From an uncultured Acidimicrobiaceae bacterium (GTDB taxonomy: Bacteria; Actinomycetota; Acidimicrobiia; Acidimicrobiales; Ilumatobacteraceae): 64,000 nucleotides of DNA. Under the pieces are notes generated by a model that was given only the letters and a program-made list of their open reading frames with translations, was not told the DNA's origin and searched no databases. The DNA is taken from assembly GCA_963700265.1 (NCBI GenBank), contig CAVOWX010000002.1, positions 343,648-407,647 on the forward strand, in the 5' to 3' direction. The translations under genes were made by a program, and so were the position numbers. Positions 1 through 11,663 of this stretch are shown piece by piece. Position 1 is the first letter of the stretch. The number at the start of each line of letters is the position of its first letter.

Positions 1-35
1 GCTGAGAGCGCGGCGAGATACGGAATGGCTTCCAC
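1..35 (-). CDS. 5' start of a gene running off the left edge (MEAIPYLAALS...)
   Basis: GTG at 35-33 preceded by GGAGG on the minus strand; only 11 codons visible. Confidence 0.45.
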   Translation of the reverse strand, partial: MEAIPYLAALS

Positions 36-213
36 TGTTTGCGTGCCTCCTGGGGCGTCCGTGCAGAGTCGTCCAATGATGGTCGGTCAGACCCCCTGAC
101 TCCAACCCGGAGCGTAGCTCTCGTGATCGGAGTCAGCGATGGGGTCGCGTTGGATGCGATAGCCCCATGCCCGATTTCTGGCCCGAGCCGTGGCGCCGAG
201 TAGCTTCGTGCAC

Positions 214-1028
214 ATGGCACAGACCATCTCCAACGAGCGGGGACGCGGCCCCGTTTCGGGCACAGCGGTCGGCAAGCGCGGCAAGCGCAAGCCGTTCTTG
301 CTCGACTTCTATTCCACCGCGGTCGGCAAGAAGTACGTGATGGCGATCACGGGCATCATCGGTATCGGGTTCGTGATCGGGCACATGGTCGGCAACCTCA
401 AGGCCTATCTCGGTGCGATCGACCACAACGGCGCCAAGGCCTACGACATCGACATCTACGGCGAATACCTCCGCGAACTGCTCGTGCCGATCCTGCCGCA
501 CGGCTACTTCTTGTGGATCATGCGGCTCGTGTTGATCGGTGCCGTCGTGCTGCACATCCACGCCGCCTTCTCGCTGACGGTCCTCAACCGCAAGGCGCGC
601 CCGGTCAAGTACCAGTCGGCACGTGACTACCAGATCGCCAACTTTGCCAGCCGCACGATGCGATACACCGGCATCATCGTGGTGCTGTTCCTGTTCTGGC
701 ATCTGGCCGATCTCACGTGGGGCTGGTTCAACCCCGACTTCGTGCACGGCGCCGTCTACCGCAACCTCGACGCCAGTCTCAGCCGGGTGCCGGTCGCGAT
801 CTTGTATATCGTTGCCAACATCGCGCTCGGCATTCACCTGTTCCATGGCACGTGGAGCCTGTTCCAGTCGATCGGTTGGAACAACCCCAGATTCAATCAA
901 TGGCGACGCGGCCTGGCCACAGGAGTCGCAACACTGATCGTGGTCGGCAACGTGTCGTTCCCGATCATGACGCTGGCCGGTGTGATCGAGTTCGACTCGA
1001 CGGTGCCGTACGTGCAGGAGGTTTCCGA

Positions 1029-1032
<4 letters not shown>
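214..1032 (+). CDS. sdhC: Succinate dehydrogenase/fumarate reductase cytochrome b subunit (b558 family)
   Basis: Five TM segments with heme His motifs ([25 protein letters not shown]); first gene of the sdhCAB operon; ATG 214 follows a TAGCTT -10 box. Confidence 0.93.
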
Positions 1033-2947
<1,915 letters not shown>

Positions 2948-2951
<4 letters not shown>

Positions 2952-3718
2952 GCCAACTGACGAACATCACCCTCAAGATCTGGCGTCAGTCGGGTCCCAC
3001 CGACGGTGGCCGTTTCGAGGACTACGCGATCGCCGAGATCAGCGACGAGGCCTCGTTCCTCGAGTTGCTCGACATCTTGAACGAGCGTCTGATCACCGAC
3101 GGCAAGGAAGCGATCGTGTTCGATCACGACTGCCGTGAGGGCATCTGCGGTACCTGTTCGTTGATGATCGACGGCCAGGCCCATGGCCCCGAAAAGGGCA
3201 CGGCCACGTGCCAGCTGCACATGCGCAAGTTCGCGTCGGGTGACACGATCGTGGTCGAGCCGTGGCGAGCCAAGGCGTTCCCGATCATCAAAGACCTGAT
3301 GGTCGACCGCGCCCCGCTCGACCGGATCGTCGAGGCGGGTGGCTTCATCACCGCCGAAACAGGCGGCGCCCCCGACGCCAACCTGATCCCGATCCCCAAG
3401 CCCGTCGCCGACGCCTCGATGGACGCCGCCGAGTGCATCGGGTGTGGCGCCTGCGTGGCGGCCTGCCCGAACGGTGCCGCCAACCTGTTCACCGGAGCCA
3501 AGATGGCGCACCTCAACCTGCTCCCGCAGGGCCAGGCCGAGCGCTACTCACGGGCCGAGTCGATGGTGGAAACAATGGACGAGCACTTCGGTTCGTGTAC
3601 CAACCACGGCGAGTGCGAAGCGGCCTGCCCGAAGTCGATCTCGATCGACGTGATCGCCCTCATGAACGCCGACTTCCTCAAGTCGAAGTTCAAGAACCGC
3701 AAAGCCCTCAGCCGCTAA
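2948..3718 (+). CDS. sdhB: Succinate dehydrogenase/fumarate reductase iron-sulfur subunit
   Basis: [21 protein letters not shown] and [12 protein letters not shown] Fe-S motifs; GTGA overlap with sdhA. Confidence 0.96.
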
Positions 3719-3759
3719 CCCGCAGGGTGTCAGGCCATCTCCCGGCCTACGCTCGTGCG

Positions 3760-5346
3760 GTGGGTTCGATCCAGGTGTCGCAGGTCGGCTGGAAGCTGCC
3801 GAGCGGAGAAGAGCTGTTTGGCGACATCTCCTTCTCCGTCGGCAATGCCGATCGGGTTGCACTGATCGGTGCCAACGGGGTCGGCAAATCGACCTTGCTG
3901 CGGGTGCTGATCGGCGAAACCAAGGCCACCGCTGGAACGATCTCGATCGACGGGCGACTGGGCGTGATGCGCCAGCTGGTCGGGATGGGCGGCACCGGCG
4001 ACAGCGAACCCACCGATGTGCGATCGCTGCTGCTGTCGCTCGCACCCGATCGGATTCAGGACGCCGCTCGGCGGCTGGTGCTGGCGGAAGGGTCGATCCA
4101 GCAGGACGCCATGCGGTACGCCGAGGCGCTCAGTACCTGGGGTGATTCCGGCGGTTACGACATCGAGGTGGAATGGGACGAAGCGTGCGGACGGTCGCTG
4201 GGTGTCGATTTCCGTGATGTCGCTGACCGTCCGCTGCGCACGCTCAGCGGTGGCGAACAGAAGCGTCTGGCGCTCGAGTATCTCCTGCGCGGCGAGGACG
4301 ACATCCTGGTGCTGGACGAACCGGACAACTTTCTCGACGTTCCGGCCAAACGATGGCTGGAACGTGAGCTGAATACGACACGCAAGACTGTGTTGTTCGT
4401 GAGCCACGATCGCGAGTTGTTAGCGGCCAGCGCCACCAAGATCGTCACCATCGAGGCATCGGGGGCGTGGAGCCACGGTGGCGGATTCGCAACGTACGCC
4501 GATGCCAAGGCAGCTCACGCCGACAAGCGCGAACGCGACACCGCCGTCTATGACGACGAACGCAAGAAGCTCGAGGACTACGTGGTGCTGATGCGCCAGC
4601 GGGCGAGTATCAGCGAGGCGTTCGCGCCCAAGCTGAAGGCCGCCGAGTCGAAGCTGCGCCAGTTCCTCGAGAAGAACGAGCGGCCCGCCGAACTACGCGA
4701 TCAGAAGATCGATGTGCGACTGGGCGGTGCCCGAACAGGCAAGCGAGCCGTGATCGCCGAAGCGCTCGAAGTCGCCGGGCTGACCGACCCGTTCGATGCG
4801 GAGCTGTGGTACGGCGAGCGGATCGCCGTGCTGGGCGGCAACGGCGTCGGCAAGAGCCATTTCCTGCGGCTGCTGGCCGGGGACGAGACGGTGCAATACG
4901 AGGGTGCCTGGCGATTCGGCGCCAACGTCGTGCCTGGGTTGTTCCACCAGACCCACGAGCATCCGGAGTGGGTTGGGCGCACGCTGGTCGAGGTTCTGCA
5001 CGACCACGACGTCGTGCTCGCCCCGGCGATGGCGATGCTTCGTCGCTACGAGATCCACGGATGTGCTCACCAACCATTCGAGACCCTGTCGGGTGGCCAG
5101 CAGGCGCGCTTCCAGATCATCCTGCTCGAGATCTCGGGGGCGACGCTGTTGCTGCTCGACGAGCCGACGGACAACCTCGACCTGGTGTCGGCCGAAGCGC
5201 TCGAGGTCGGCCTGGCCGAGTTCGACGGCACCGTGATCGCAGTCACCCACGACCGCTGGTTCCTGCGCGGCTTCGACCGCTTCCTGGTCTTCGGTGACGA
5301 CTGCAAAGTGACCGACCACAACCAGTGCCCCAACGCCTGGAAGTGA
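3760..5346 (+). CDS. ABC-F family ATP-binding protein
   Basis: Two ABC domains (GANGVGKS/LSGGE/LDEPDN and GGNGVGKS/LSGGQ/LDEPTDN) with a helical linker and no TM segments; GTG start after TACGCT. Confidence 0.9.
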   Translation: MGSIQVSQVGWKLPSGEELFGDISFSVGNADRVALIGANGVGKSTLLRVLIGETKATAGTISIDGRLGVMRQLVGMGGTGDSEPTDVRSLLLSLAPDRIQDAARRLVLAEGSIQQDAMRYAEALSTWGDSGGYDIEVEWDEACGRSLGVDFRDVADRPLRTLSGGEQKRLALEYLLRGEDDILVLDEPDNFLDVPAKRWLERELNTTRKTVLFVSHDRELLAASATKIVTIEASGAWSHGGGFATYADAKAAHADKRERDTAVYDDERKKLEDYVVLMRQRASISEAFAPKLKAAESKLRQFLEKNERPAELRDQKIDVRLGGARTGKRAVIAEALEVAGLTDPFDAELWYGERIAVLGGNGVGKSHFLRLLAGDETVQYEGAWRFGANVVPGLFHQTHEHPEWVGRTLVEVLHDHDVVLAPAMAMLRRYEIHGCAHQPFETLSGGQQARFQIILLEISGATLLLLDEPTDNLDLVSAEALEVGLAEFDGTVIAVTHDRWFLRGFDRFLVFGDDCKVTDHNQCPNAWK

Positions 5347-5358
5347 CCCTCCGGGTGG

Positions 5359-7479
5359 TTATTGGGGAACGATCGTGACGGCGGTGGTGTAACGGTTGGT
5401 GGCGGTGATGTCGCCGGCGATCAGGGAAAGGTCGAACGTGAGCGCTCCCAACGTCTCGGGCACCTCGAGCTCGAGCGTGCCGACTCGCACGCAGCCGTCG
5501 GGCGGAACGTCGCCGCCGAACCGCCACCGTCGCTCGCCGCCCGCCCACTTGGCACGAATGTCCACCACCGCCGGATCGATCGCCTCGCGAAGGTCGCTCA
5601 CGACGTGGATGTCGAGCTCGAGCAACTGGCCAGGCGACACGATGGCGGGCGGCCGGTCCGAGACCACGATCACCGGGGCGCAGGCGTCGATCAGCGCCCT
5701 CCAACCCAACTTCGGCACCCGGTGGTGATCCAACACGCTGAACGAGACCTGCGGCGCCGGGTCGTTGAGGGCGAACATGCAGAAGCCGCCCGCCGGCCGG
5801 TACTTGAGTCGTCGCAGCAACTCGATGTGGTGGCGTAGCAGCTCGGCTTGGTACACCTGCGTGGCGGACTTCCACGCCTCGAACGTGTCGAATTCGGCGG
5901 GCGGCACCCGATCGTCGAACACCCACTTCTGCAAGCCGTGGTGGCGGGCGAGGTGATCCCAGTCGAGCTCGGGCCAGGCCGAGCTGTCGATGAACTCCGA
6001 CGAGGTCGGCACAGCCTGCGCCCCGAATTCCGACATGAACCGAACGACTCGGGAGACCCGCTTGGCGAGCCGCTCGATGTCGCGCACGTTGCCGTGGTAC
6101 CACCCGAAGTAGAAGTGGCTGTCCGTGCCGTCGAGCAACGGGAAGTGCGGCAGGACGCCCGAGTGCGGCACACACAGCCGAGTCGGGTCGGCGCGCTCGA
6201 AGGAACGCTTGACCCATCGATCGAGCACGGTCTTGTTCCACGTCGGGAGCTGGTGAGCGGCGAGGTACTGCAACCGCGCCCTGGTGGTGTCACCTTCGAG
6301 CCCGATCGCCACCGCAGCCGGGTCGTTGTGGGCGTTCCACTGCACGATCGAGGGGTGGTGGCCGAGCAGATCGACCGCGGCCTGCGCCTGCTCGACCGCC
6401 TGAGTGCGCACCGAACGGGCATAGCCCCACTGGAGCGGGAAGTCCTGCAGCAGCAGCATGCCGAGTTCGTCGGCACGGTCGTAGATCTCCGGTGCAGCGA
6501 TGTGTCCGTGGACGCGCAGGGCGTCCAAGCCCGCCTCGCTCGCCAATTCGACGTCTCGTCGCAGCTCGTCCGGGGTGACGACGCCCATTCCGGCTTTGGT
6601 CGGCAGCAGGTTGGCGCCCTTCAGGAACAGCCGTTCGCCGTTGACCGAGCACGACCAGTTGTTCCAAGCCACCGCCCGCAGCCCGGTCCGCCGTCGGCAG
6701 CGATCGCTGACCTCGCCCTCGACGACGATTTCGACCTCGACGACCGTGAGTGGTTGATCACCGAGCGCACGAGGCCACCACAGCGCCGGGTCGGCAATGT
6801 CGAGGTTCCAGCTGAAGTCGTTGAGTCCGCTCGCCACGCGACGTTCATCGTCGAACATCAGCTCGCCGTCGACGAGCGTGCGGATCGTGACGACTCGGGC
6901 GACGTCGCTGTCGAGCCGGGCCGTGAGCAGCAGGTGGGCGCGGGCCACATCGGCATCGCGGCACAACACCCGCAATCGATCGACGCGCACCGGGCCGGTA
7001 TCGGTGACTCGAACCGTTCGCCACAAACCGCCTGGATTCCAGTCGCGGTCGATGCCGTCCCAGTGTTGGAAGATGCCGGTGATGTTGCGTTTGCCGCGAT
7101 GGCTGGTTTGCGGGGCGCATGCCACCTCGACGGCCAGCACGTGCTCGGCACCGATCCGCGACAAGGCCGTGACGTCGAACGTGTGCGGCATGAAGTAGCC
7201 CTCTGGGTCGCCCAGGTAGGCGCCGTCGAGCCAGACGTCGGCTTGGTAGAACACGCCGTCGAGCGTGACCCAACGACGGCAACCGTCAGCGGGTTCGGGC
7301 ATCGAGAAGCGCCGTCGGTACAGCAGCGGCCCGTCGTGCTCGGAGAACTCGGGGTGCAGGCGCCAGTGGCCCGGCACGATGACTTGCGGCCACGCCGAGT
7401 CGTCGACGTCGAGCCCGATCGCGTTGCGCCGCAGGTCGTCGTCAGCGGGTGTTGCCCGCCACACCCCGTTGAGGTCCAC
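5359..7479 (-). CDS. Glycoside hydrolase family 2 (beta-mannosidase-like)
   Basis: LDGVFYQADVWLDG, LWWP, VNGERLFLKGAN, YDRADELGMLLLQDFP, HPSIVQWNAHND, SEFGAQA. Confidence 0.88.
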   Translation of the reverse strand: MDLNGVWRATPADDDLRRNAIGLDVDDSAWPQVIVPGHWRLHPEFSEHDGPLLYRRRFSMPEPADGCRRWVTLDGVFYQADVWLDGAYLGDPEGYFMPHTFDVTALSRIGAEHVLAVEVACAPQTSHRGKRNITGIFQHWDGIDRDWNPGGLWRTVRVTDTGPVRVDRLRVLCRDADVARAHLLLTARLDSDVARVVTIRTLVDGELMFDDERRVASGLNDFSWNLDIADPALWWPRALGDQPLTVVEVEIVVEGEVSDRCRRRTGLRAVAWNNWSCSVNGERLFLKGANLLPTKAGMGVVTPDELRRDVELASEAGLDALRVHGHIAAPEIYDRADELGMLLLQDFPLQWGYARSVRTQAVEQAQAAVDLLGHHPSIVQWNAHNDPAAVAIGLEGDTTRARLQYLAAHQLPTWNKTVLDRWVKRSFERADPTRLCVPHSGVLPHFPLLDGTDSHFYFGWYHGNVRDIERLAKRVSRVVRFMSEFGAQAVPTSSEFIDSSAWPELDWDHLARHHGLQKWVFDDRVPPAEFDTFEAWKSATQVYQAELLRHHIELLRRLKYRPAGGFCMFALNDPAPQVSFSVLDHHRVPKLGWRALIDACAPVIVVSDRPPAIVSPGQLLELDIHVVSDLREAIDPAVVDIRAKWAGGERRWRFGGDVPPDGCVRVGTLELEVPETLGALTFDLSLIAGDITATNRYTTAVTIVPQ

Positions 7480-7587
7480 GGGCGGGATCGTACTCACCGC
7501 GCCGATCGGTACCCTCCGCGGGGTGGCTTGCACCGGCTCACCCGAGCCGGCACACATCGACCGGAGCGGGTTGAGCGCCGCCGTCGA

Positions 7588-10086
7588 TCAGCACTCCAGC
7601 ACGGTCAGATCGACGACCGCGTCCGATCTGCCGCGCACCATGTCGGCGTCGACCCAAGCGGCGACGTCGGTGGATGGACGGTTGCGCCACTCGATGACCC
7701 GTACGTTGTCGATGGCGACCATCCCGCCCAACGACGGTGGTACGTCGATCAGAAGCGTCGCCGTATTGGGAATCGCTCCACCGGCATGAGGCGCGAACAG
7801 TTCGGCCGGCAGTTCGATGAACTCAGTGTGCCACTCCCCGTCGGCGTCGGATTGGAGCACGATGCTGTGATCGGCAACTCGTCGCGTATTCGGGTCGGTC
7901 GTCGGATCGGTGTCGTCGAAATCGAAGGTGGCCACGCGGAGCGCAGGTGACTCACCCCGGGTGCGTTTGACGTCCAGAACGATCTCGTACCGTGCGATTC
8001 CATCGACCGGCTCGTGCTCGACGTTGTACAGGCGTTGGGGGCGGATGTCGATGCGCGAGCGGATCTGGGTGCCGGTGCTCGAGTTGGGATCGGAGCGGAT
8101 CTCCAGGGCAGTGTCGAAGGGGTCACCGCTCGAACCAGCCACGAGCGACCAGGTTTCACGCTGCCTCGACACCCTCCAGTTGAATGGGCGCAGTCGTCGA
8201 TCGTCGGCGGTGTCGTCGTCGAAACTGCCCCAGTCCAAGAGGTCGACACCGATCTGCACGTCGTCGGCGATTCGATCGGTGCGCACCAGCGCGCAGGGCG
8301 GCAAGGTCGCTCGGCCCTGGCTGTCGAGCGGGACCGCGATCACCGTCGCTTCGCGTCCTGTGCCGACAAGGCCCGAGTTCCGTTCGAAGTGGACCCACGC
8401 GCGACCGCTCGCACCGTCGTCGCTCTCGTCGAGCACGGTGCCGACTTTCAGGCCGTCGACTCGAGCGCTGGTCGCCTGCAACGCGCTTCGAAGATCCACC
8501 GTTCGCAGCACCGTGCGGGCGGTGACGCCCACCGCGGGTACCGGGCGATATCGGTCGATGATCAGTGGCAACAGCCGCACCTCCATGACTTCCGGACCTT
8601 CGGTGATCACGCGCAGGATCATCGACGGGAACGTGCTGAGGAATTCCTGATCGAACACCAGATTGCCGAGGCTGTACGAGATCAATTTGCCGTTGTACCA
8701 CTCGAGACCCTGCAGAACGTGGGGGTGGTGAGCGACGACCATGTCGGCTCCGGCATCCACCATTCGGTGGGCGACGGTCGACATGAATCCACTCGCTACC
8801 TCGGCAAACTGGAAACCGCCGTGGACCTGGACGATCACCATGTCGGCCCCATCAGCACGGAGCCGGTTGATCTCCGCCTCGATCCGCTCGCCGTCGTACG
8901 GCGCTGCACCGCCGTGCCCGCGCCTCGCAACCCAATCTTGGAGTTCGGGGTACACCTCGGTCAGCGCGTTCCATGCCTCGCCGACCTTCTCAGGCCCGAG
9001 CGACTGCTCGGCATCCTCGAACAACGACCACACGTCGCCGATTCGACGTGACGCTTCGGGAATCGTGGTGTCGTCCTCACCGGTGTCGAATCCGAACGTG
9101 CGCTCCTCGTACTGCCAAGCGTCGCTCGGGTCGAGGTCGGCGGGTGCCGTCTCGATCCCCGGCGGGAGTTGATCGTTGACGAAACTGCCGTTGACAGTCG
9201 TCACCGACAGGGTGCCGATCGAGAGCTCGCCGATCTGATCGATTCGGCCCGCCAATGCCTCGGACGCCGAGCGACCTGCGCCGACATGGCCGATCCCAGC
9301 CTGATCGAGCGCATCCAGCGTGCTCTCGATGCCTTCTTCGCCCCAGTCGTAGGCGTGGTTGTTCCCGAGCGTCACCACGTCGACACCCATCTCGTCCAAT
9401 GCGCTCGTCACATGCGGTGTGGATTGCAGGAGGAACCGCTTGGCGTCCAACGCAGCATCGTCGTCGAAGGAACCCACGACCGTTTCGAGATTGACAACCG
9501 TCCAATCGGCGGCACGCGACACCGGGGCGAGATCGTCGACCACGGCCCGTGCAGTTGCTTCATCGACCACGGGAGTCGTCGAGCTGTCAGCAGCGAGATA
9601 TCGGCGACCGAGCATCACGTCGCCACCGAAGTGCAGCGAATGGCGTTCGATCCCGGTCGGGCCGACACGGTCCCACAAGCGAATCGACACGACGCGATCC
9701 CTCGGACTGATCGCCACCGGCTCGGGAATCGAGCCGGGCGCTGTCACGGTCGCAACCACCGGCCCGTCGATCTCGATCAACACCGTTCCGTCCTCATCGG
9801 TGACGACCGTGTCGAGTTCGCCGTCGCGGTCCAGATCGAGCGTGAGTGCGACTTCAGCCGCTGCGACCGGGTCGCCTCGTTCGTCGGCGACGAGCAATCC
9901 GACGGTCTCGTGTTCGACCCTCGCAGAATTCGAGCGCGACCGGTCATAGGCACAGGACGATGCACCCAGACAGAGCGCCAAGACGAACGCAAGTAGCGCC
10001 CGCCGGCCCGCGGCGTGATGGATCTCCTGCGCCGCGCTGGGTCGCCACTTGGTCGAGCCCGTGGCTGAAGGTGTGATCGACATCAT
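7588..10086 (-). CDS. capA: CapA/PgsA family metallophosphatase-like lipoprotein with extra N- and C-terminal domains
   Basis: GDVMLGR, VNLET, LGNNHAYDWG, VQVHGG, HHPHVLQG, YSLGNLVFDQ; hydrophobic stretch ending GASSC; exact start uncertain. Confidence 0.85.
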   Translation of the reverse strand: MMSITPSATGSTKWRPSAAQEIHHAAGRRALLAFVLALCLGASSCAYDRSRSNSARVEHETVGLLVADERGDPVAAAEVALTLDLDRDGELDTVVTDEDGTVLIEIDGPVVATVTAPGSIPEPVAISPRDRVVSIRLWDRVGPTGIERHSLHFGGDVMLGRRYLAADSSTTPVVDEATARAVVDDLAPVSRAADWTVVNLETVVGSFDDDAALDAKRFLLQSTPHVTSALDEMGVDVVTLGNNHAYDWGEEGIESTLDALDQAGIGHVGAGRSASEALAGRIDQIGELSIGTLSVTTVNGSFVNDQLPPGIETAPADLDPSDAWQYEERTFGFDTGEDDTTIPEASRRIGDVWSLFEDAEQSLGPEKVGEAWNALTEVYPELQDWVARRGHGGAAPYDGERIEAEINRLRADGADMVIVQVHGGFQFAEVASGFMSTVAHRMVDAGADMVVAHHPHVLQGLEWYNGKLISYSLGNLVFDQEFLSTFPSMILRVITEGPEVMEVRLLPLIIDRYRPVPAVGVTARTVLRTVDLRSALQATSARVDGLKVGTVLDESDDGASGRAWVHFERNSGLVGTGREATVIAVPLDSQGRATLPPCALVRTDRIADDVQIGVDLLDWGSFDDDTADDRRLRPFNWRVSRQRETWSLVAGSSGDPFDTALEIRSDPNSSTGTQIRSRIDIRPQRLYNVEHEPVDGIARYEIVLDVKRTRGESPALRVATFDFDDTDPTTDPNTRRVADHSIVLQSDADGEWHTEFIELPAELFAPHAGGAIPNTATLLIDVPPSLGGMVAIDNVRVIEWRNRPSTDVAAWVDADMVRGRSDAVVDLTVLEC

Positions 10087-11663
10087 CCGAAATCCACATA
10101 GGGTCGTGTCCCGAGCCAGACATGCTCGGAATCATCGCTTGCATCAGCGACGCGATGATGAGGAAGACCTGAGACATCCGGCGCGAGGAGTTGTGCCTCT
10201 CGGATCGGGCCGGATGTCTCAGGAGACCGCCTGGACGACTGTCCCTCGGGTTCGCCGTGGTGCGCCGTCGACCGGTTCGCATGCCAGGCACCACGCTTGC
10301 CCTCGAGCGCGGCCCGCAGCACGGAGATCGCGGTGAAGTCGAACTCTCCCGCCTGCGGCGTGGCAAGCACCGGCACCATGCCACCGGCGAACCGGCCGAC
10401 CTGAGCGTCGAGCCAGGCCTCTGCATCACGGGCGACGTTCGGATGCCGCCTCGACCAGACCTCCCACGGTGTGACCCACGAAGCGTCTTCGTGAGCGTCG
10501 GCACCTGCAAGGACGGGCTGCACCGAATACCTCGAGCGGGTGGGGAGCGCCGACCGGATGCGACCGAACAGCAAGATGCCAATCGCCCGTATCTGGGGGG
10601 CGAACAACACGACGAAGGATGCTGCTGCCAACGCTTTCCAGACCGGGTCGACGACCTTGCCGATGACGACCGACTGGGTCGACCACGTGGCAGTCAGAAC
10701 GAAACTGCCTGCCATGGTGAGCCCGAGTACCACTCGTTGCGGTGACGTGCGCTGTGAGTCGTTGGCGATCAGTCCAGGCAGGACCAGCGGAATCAGTGCC
10801 ATCGAGCCCACACCCAGATGCCCCCGCCACGCTGCATCGAGAAATTGGCCGCCGACCCAGAGGCTGCTCCAGGCGACCGCCGATGAGACCAGCAGCATCG
10901 ACGCGAACTTCCTTCGGCCGAACAGAATCATGTGATTCACCAGGAACTTGGCGACGACGAGGTAGGTGATCAACGCCACGCTCGCGGCTGCCACGAGCTG
11001 CCATGGATCAGCTACGAACATGCTCGTGAACGCGGCTCCCACGAACCCGCCGCTGCGCAGACGGTAGTTGTAGGCGACCGCCCACGACGCACCGACCGAC
11101 AGCAACACCGCGAACGGTAACCACTTGACATCGATCGCCAGCTCGCCGAAACCGGACACCGGTGCGAGGTCGTTCACGCCAGGCAAGTCCAACGCAAGTG
11201 CCAGTGCGATCGGCACGGCAACGATGCTGCCCGCCAGAAGGACCGATTTCGTCGTCTTGCCGACACCCTGGCGCGCCATGTCGTGGGCGATCAACGCCGG
11301 CACGACGTAACCGACCCCGATGAACAACGGAACGTCGGTCTCCCACAGCCACGGGCCCGACGGTGAGAGTTTCAACATGACGATCTGGATGGAAGTCGCG
11401 ATCAACGCCAGGACCGTGAACTTCGTGCGCCCGTAGAGCATGAAGTAGCGACGCAGGAAGTGGTTGACGAGCCAGTACGTCACGAACGCGTTGACGAAGG
11501 TGGCGATGATCACTGACGGATGGATGATGAATACTGCGATGTAGCCGGGCACGACGATCGAACCCGTCGTCAGATGGCGCTTTTCGTACAGCACCATCGA
11601 CACCGCCACCCCACACATGAAGGCAAATCGGATCCACTCCGAGGAGAGGAGGTAGTCATGCAT
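10083..11663 (-). CDS. capC: CapC/PgsC family membrane protein with two tandem CapC-like halves and a soluble tail
   Basis: TTGSIVVPGYIA...LYGRTKF...GYVVPALIAHDMARQG, then SGGFVGAAF...LFGRRKF...LVLPGLIANDSQR; lies between capB and capA with overlapping ends. Confidence 0.85.
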   Translation of the reverse strand: MHDYLLSSEWIRFAFMCGVAVSMVLYEKRHLTTGSIVVPGYIAVFIIHPSVIIATFVNAFVTYWLVNHFLRRYFMLYGRTKFTVLALIATSIQIVMLKLSPSGPWLWETDVPLFIGVGYVVPALIAHDMARQGVGKTTKSVLLAGSIVAVPIALALALDLPGVNDLAPVSGFGELAIDVKWLPFAVLLSVGASWAVAYNYRLRSGGFVGAAFTSMFVADPWQLVAAASVALITYLVVAKFLVNHMILFGRRKFASMLLVSSAVAWSSLWVGGQFLDAAWRGHLGVGSMALIPLVLPGLIANDSQRTSPQRVVLGLTMAGSFVLTATWSTQSVVIGKVVDPVWKALAAASFVVLFAPQIRAIGILLFGRIRSALPTRSRYSVQPVLAGADAHEDASWVTPWEVWSRRHPNVARDAEAWLDAQVGRFAGGMVPVLATPQAGEFDFTAISVLRAALEGKRGAWHANRSTAHHGEPEGQSSRRSPETSGPIREAQLLAPDVSGLPHHRVADASDDSEHVWLGTRPYVDFG

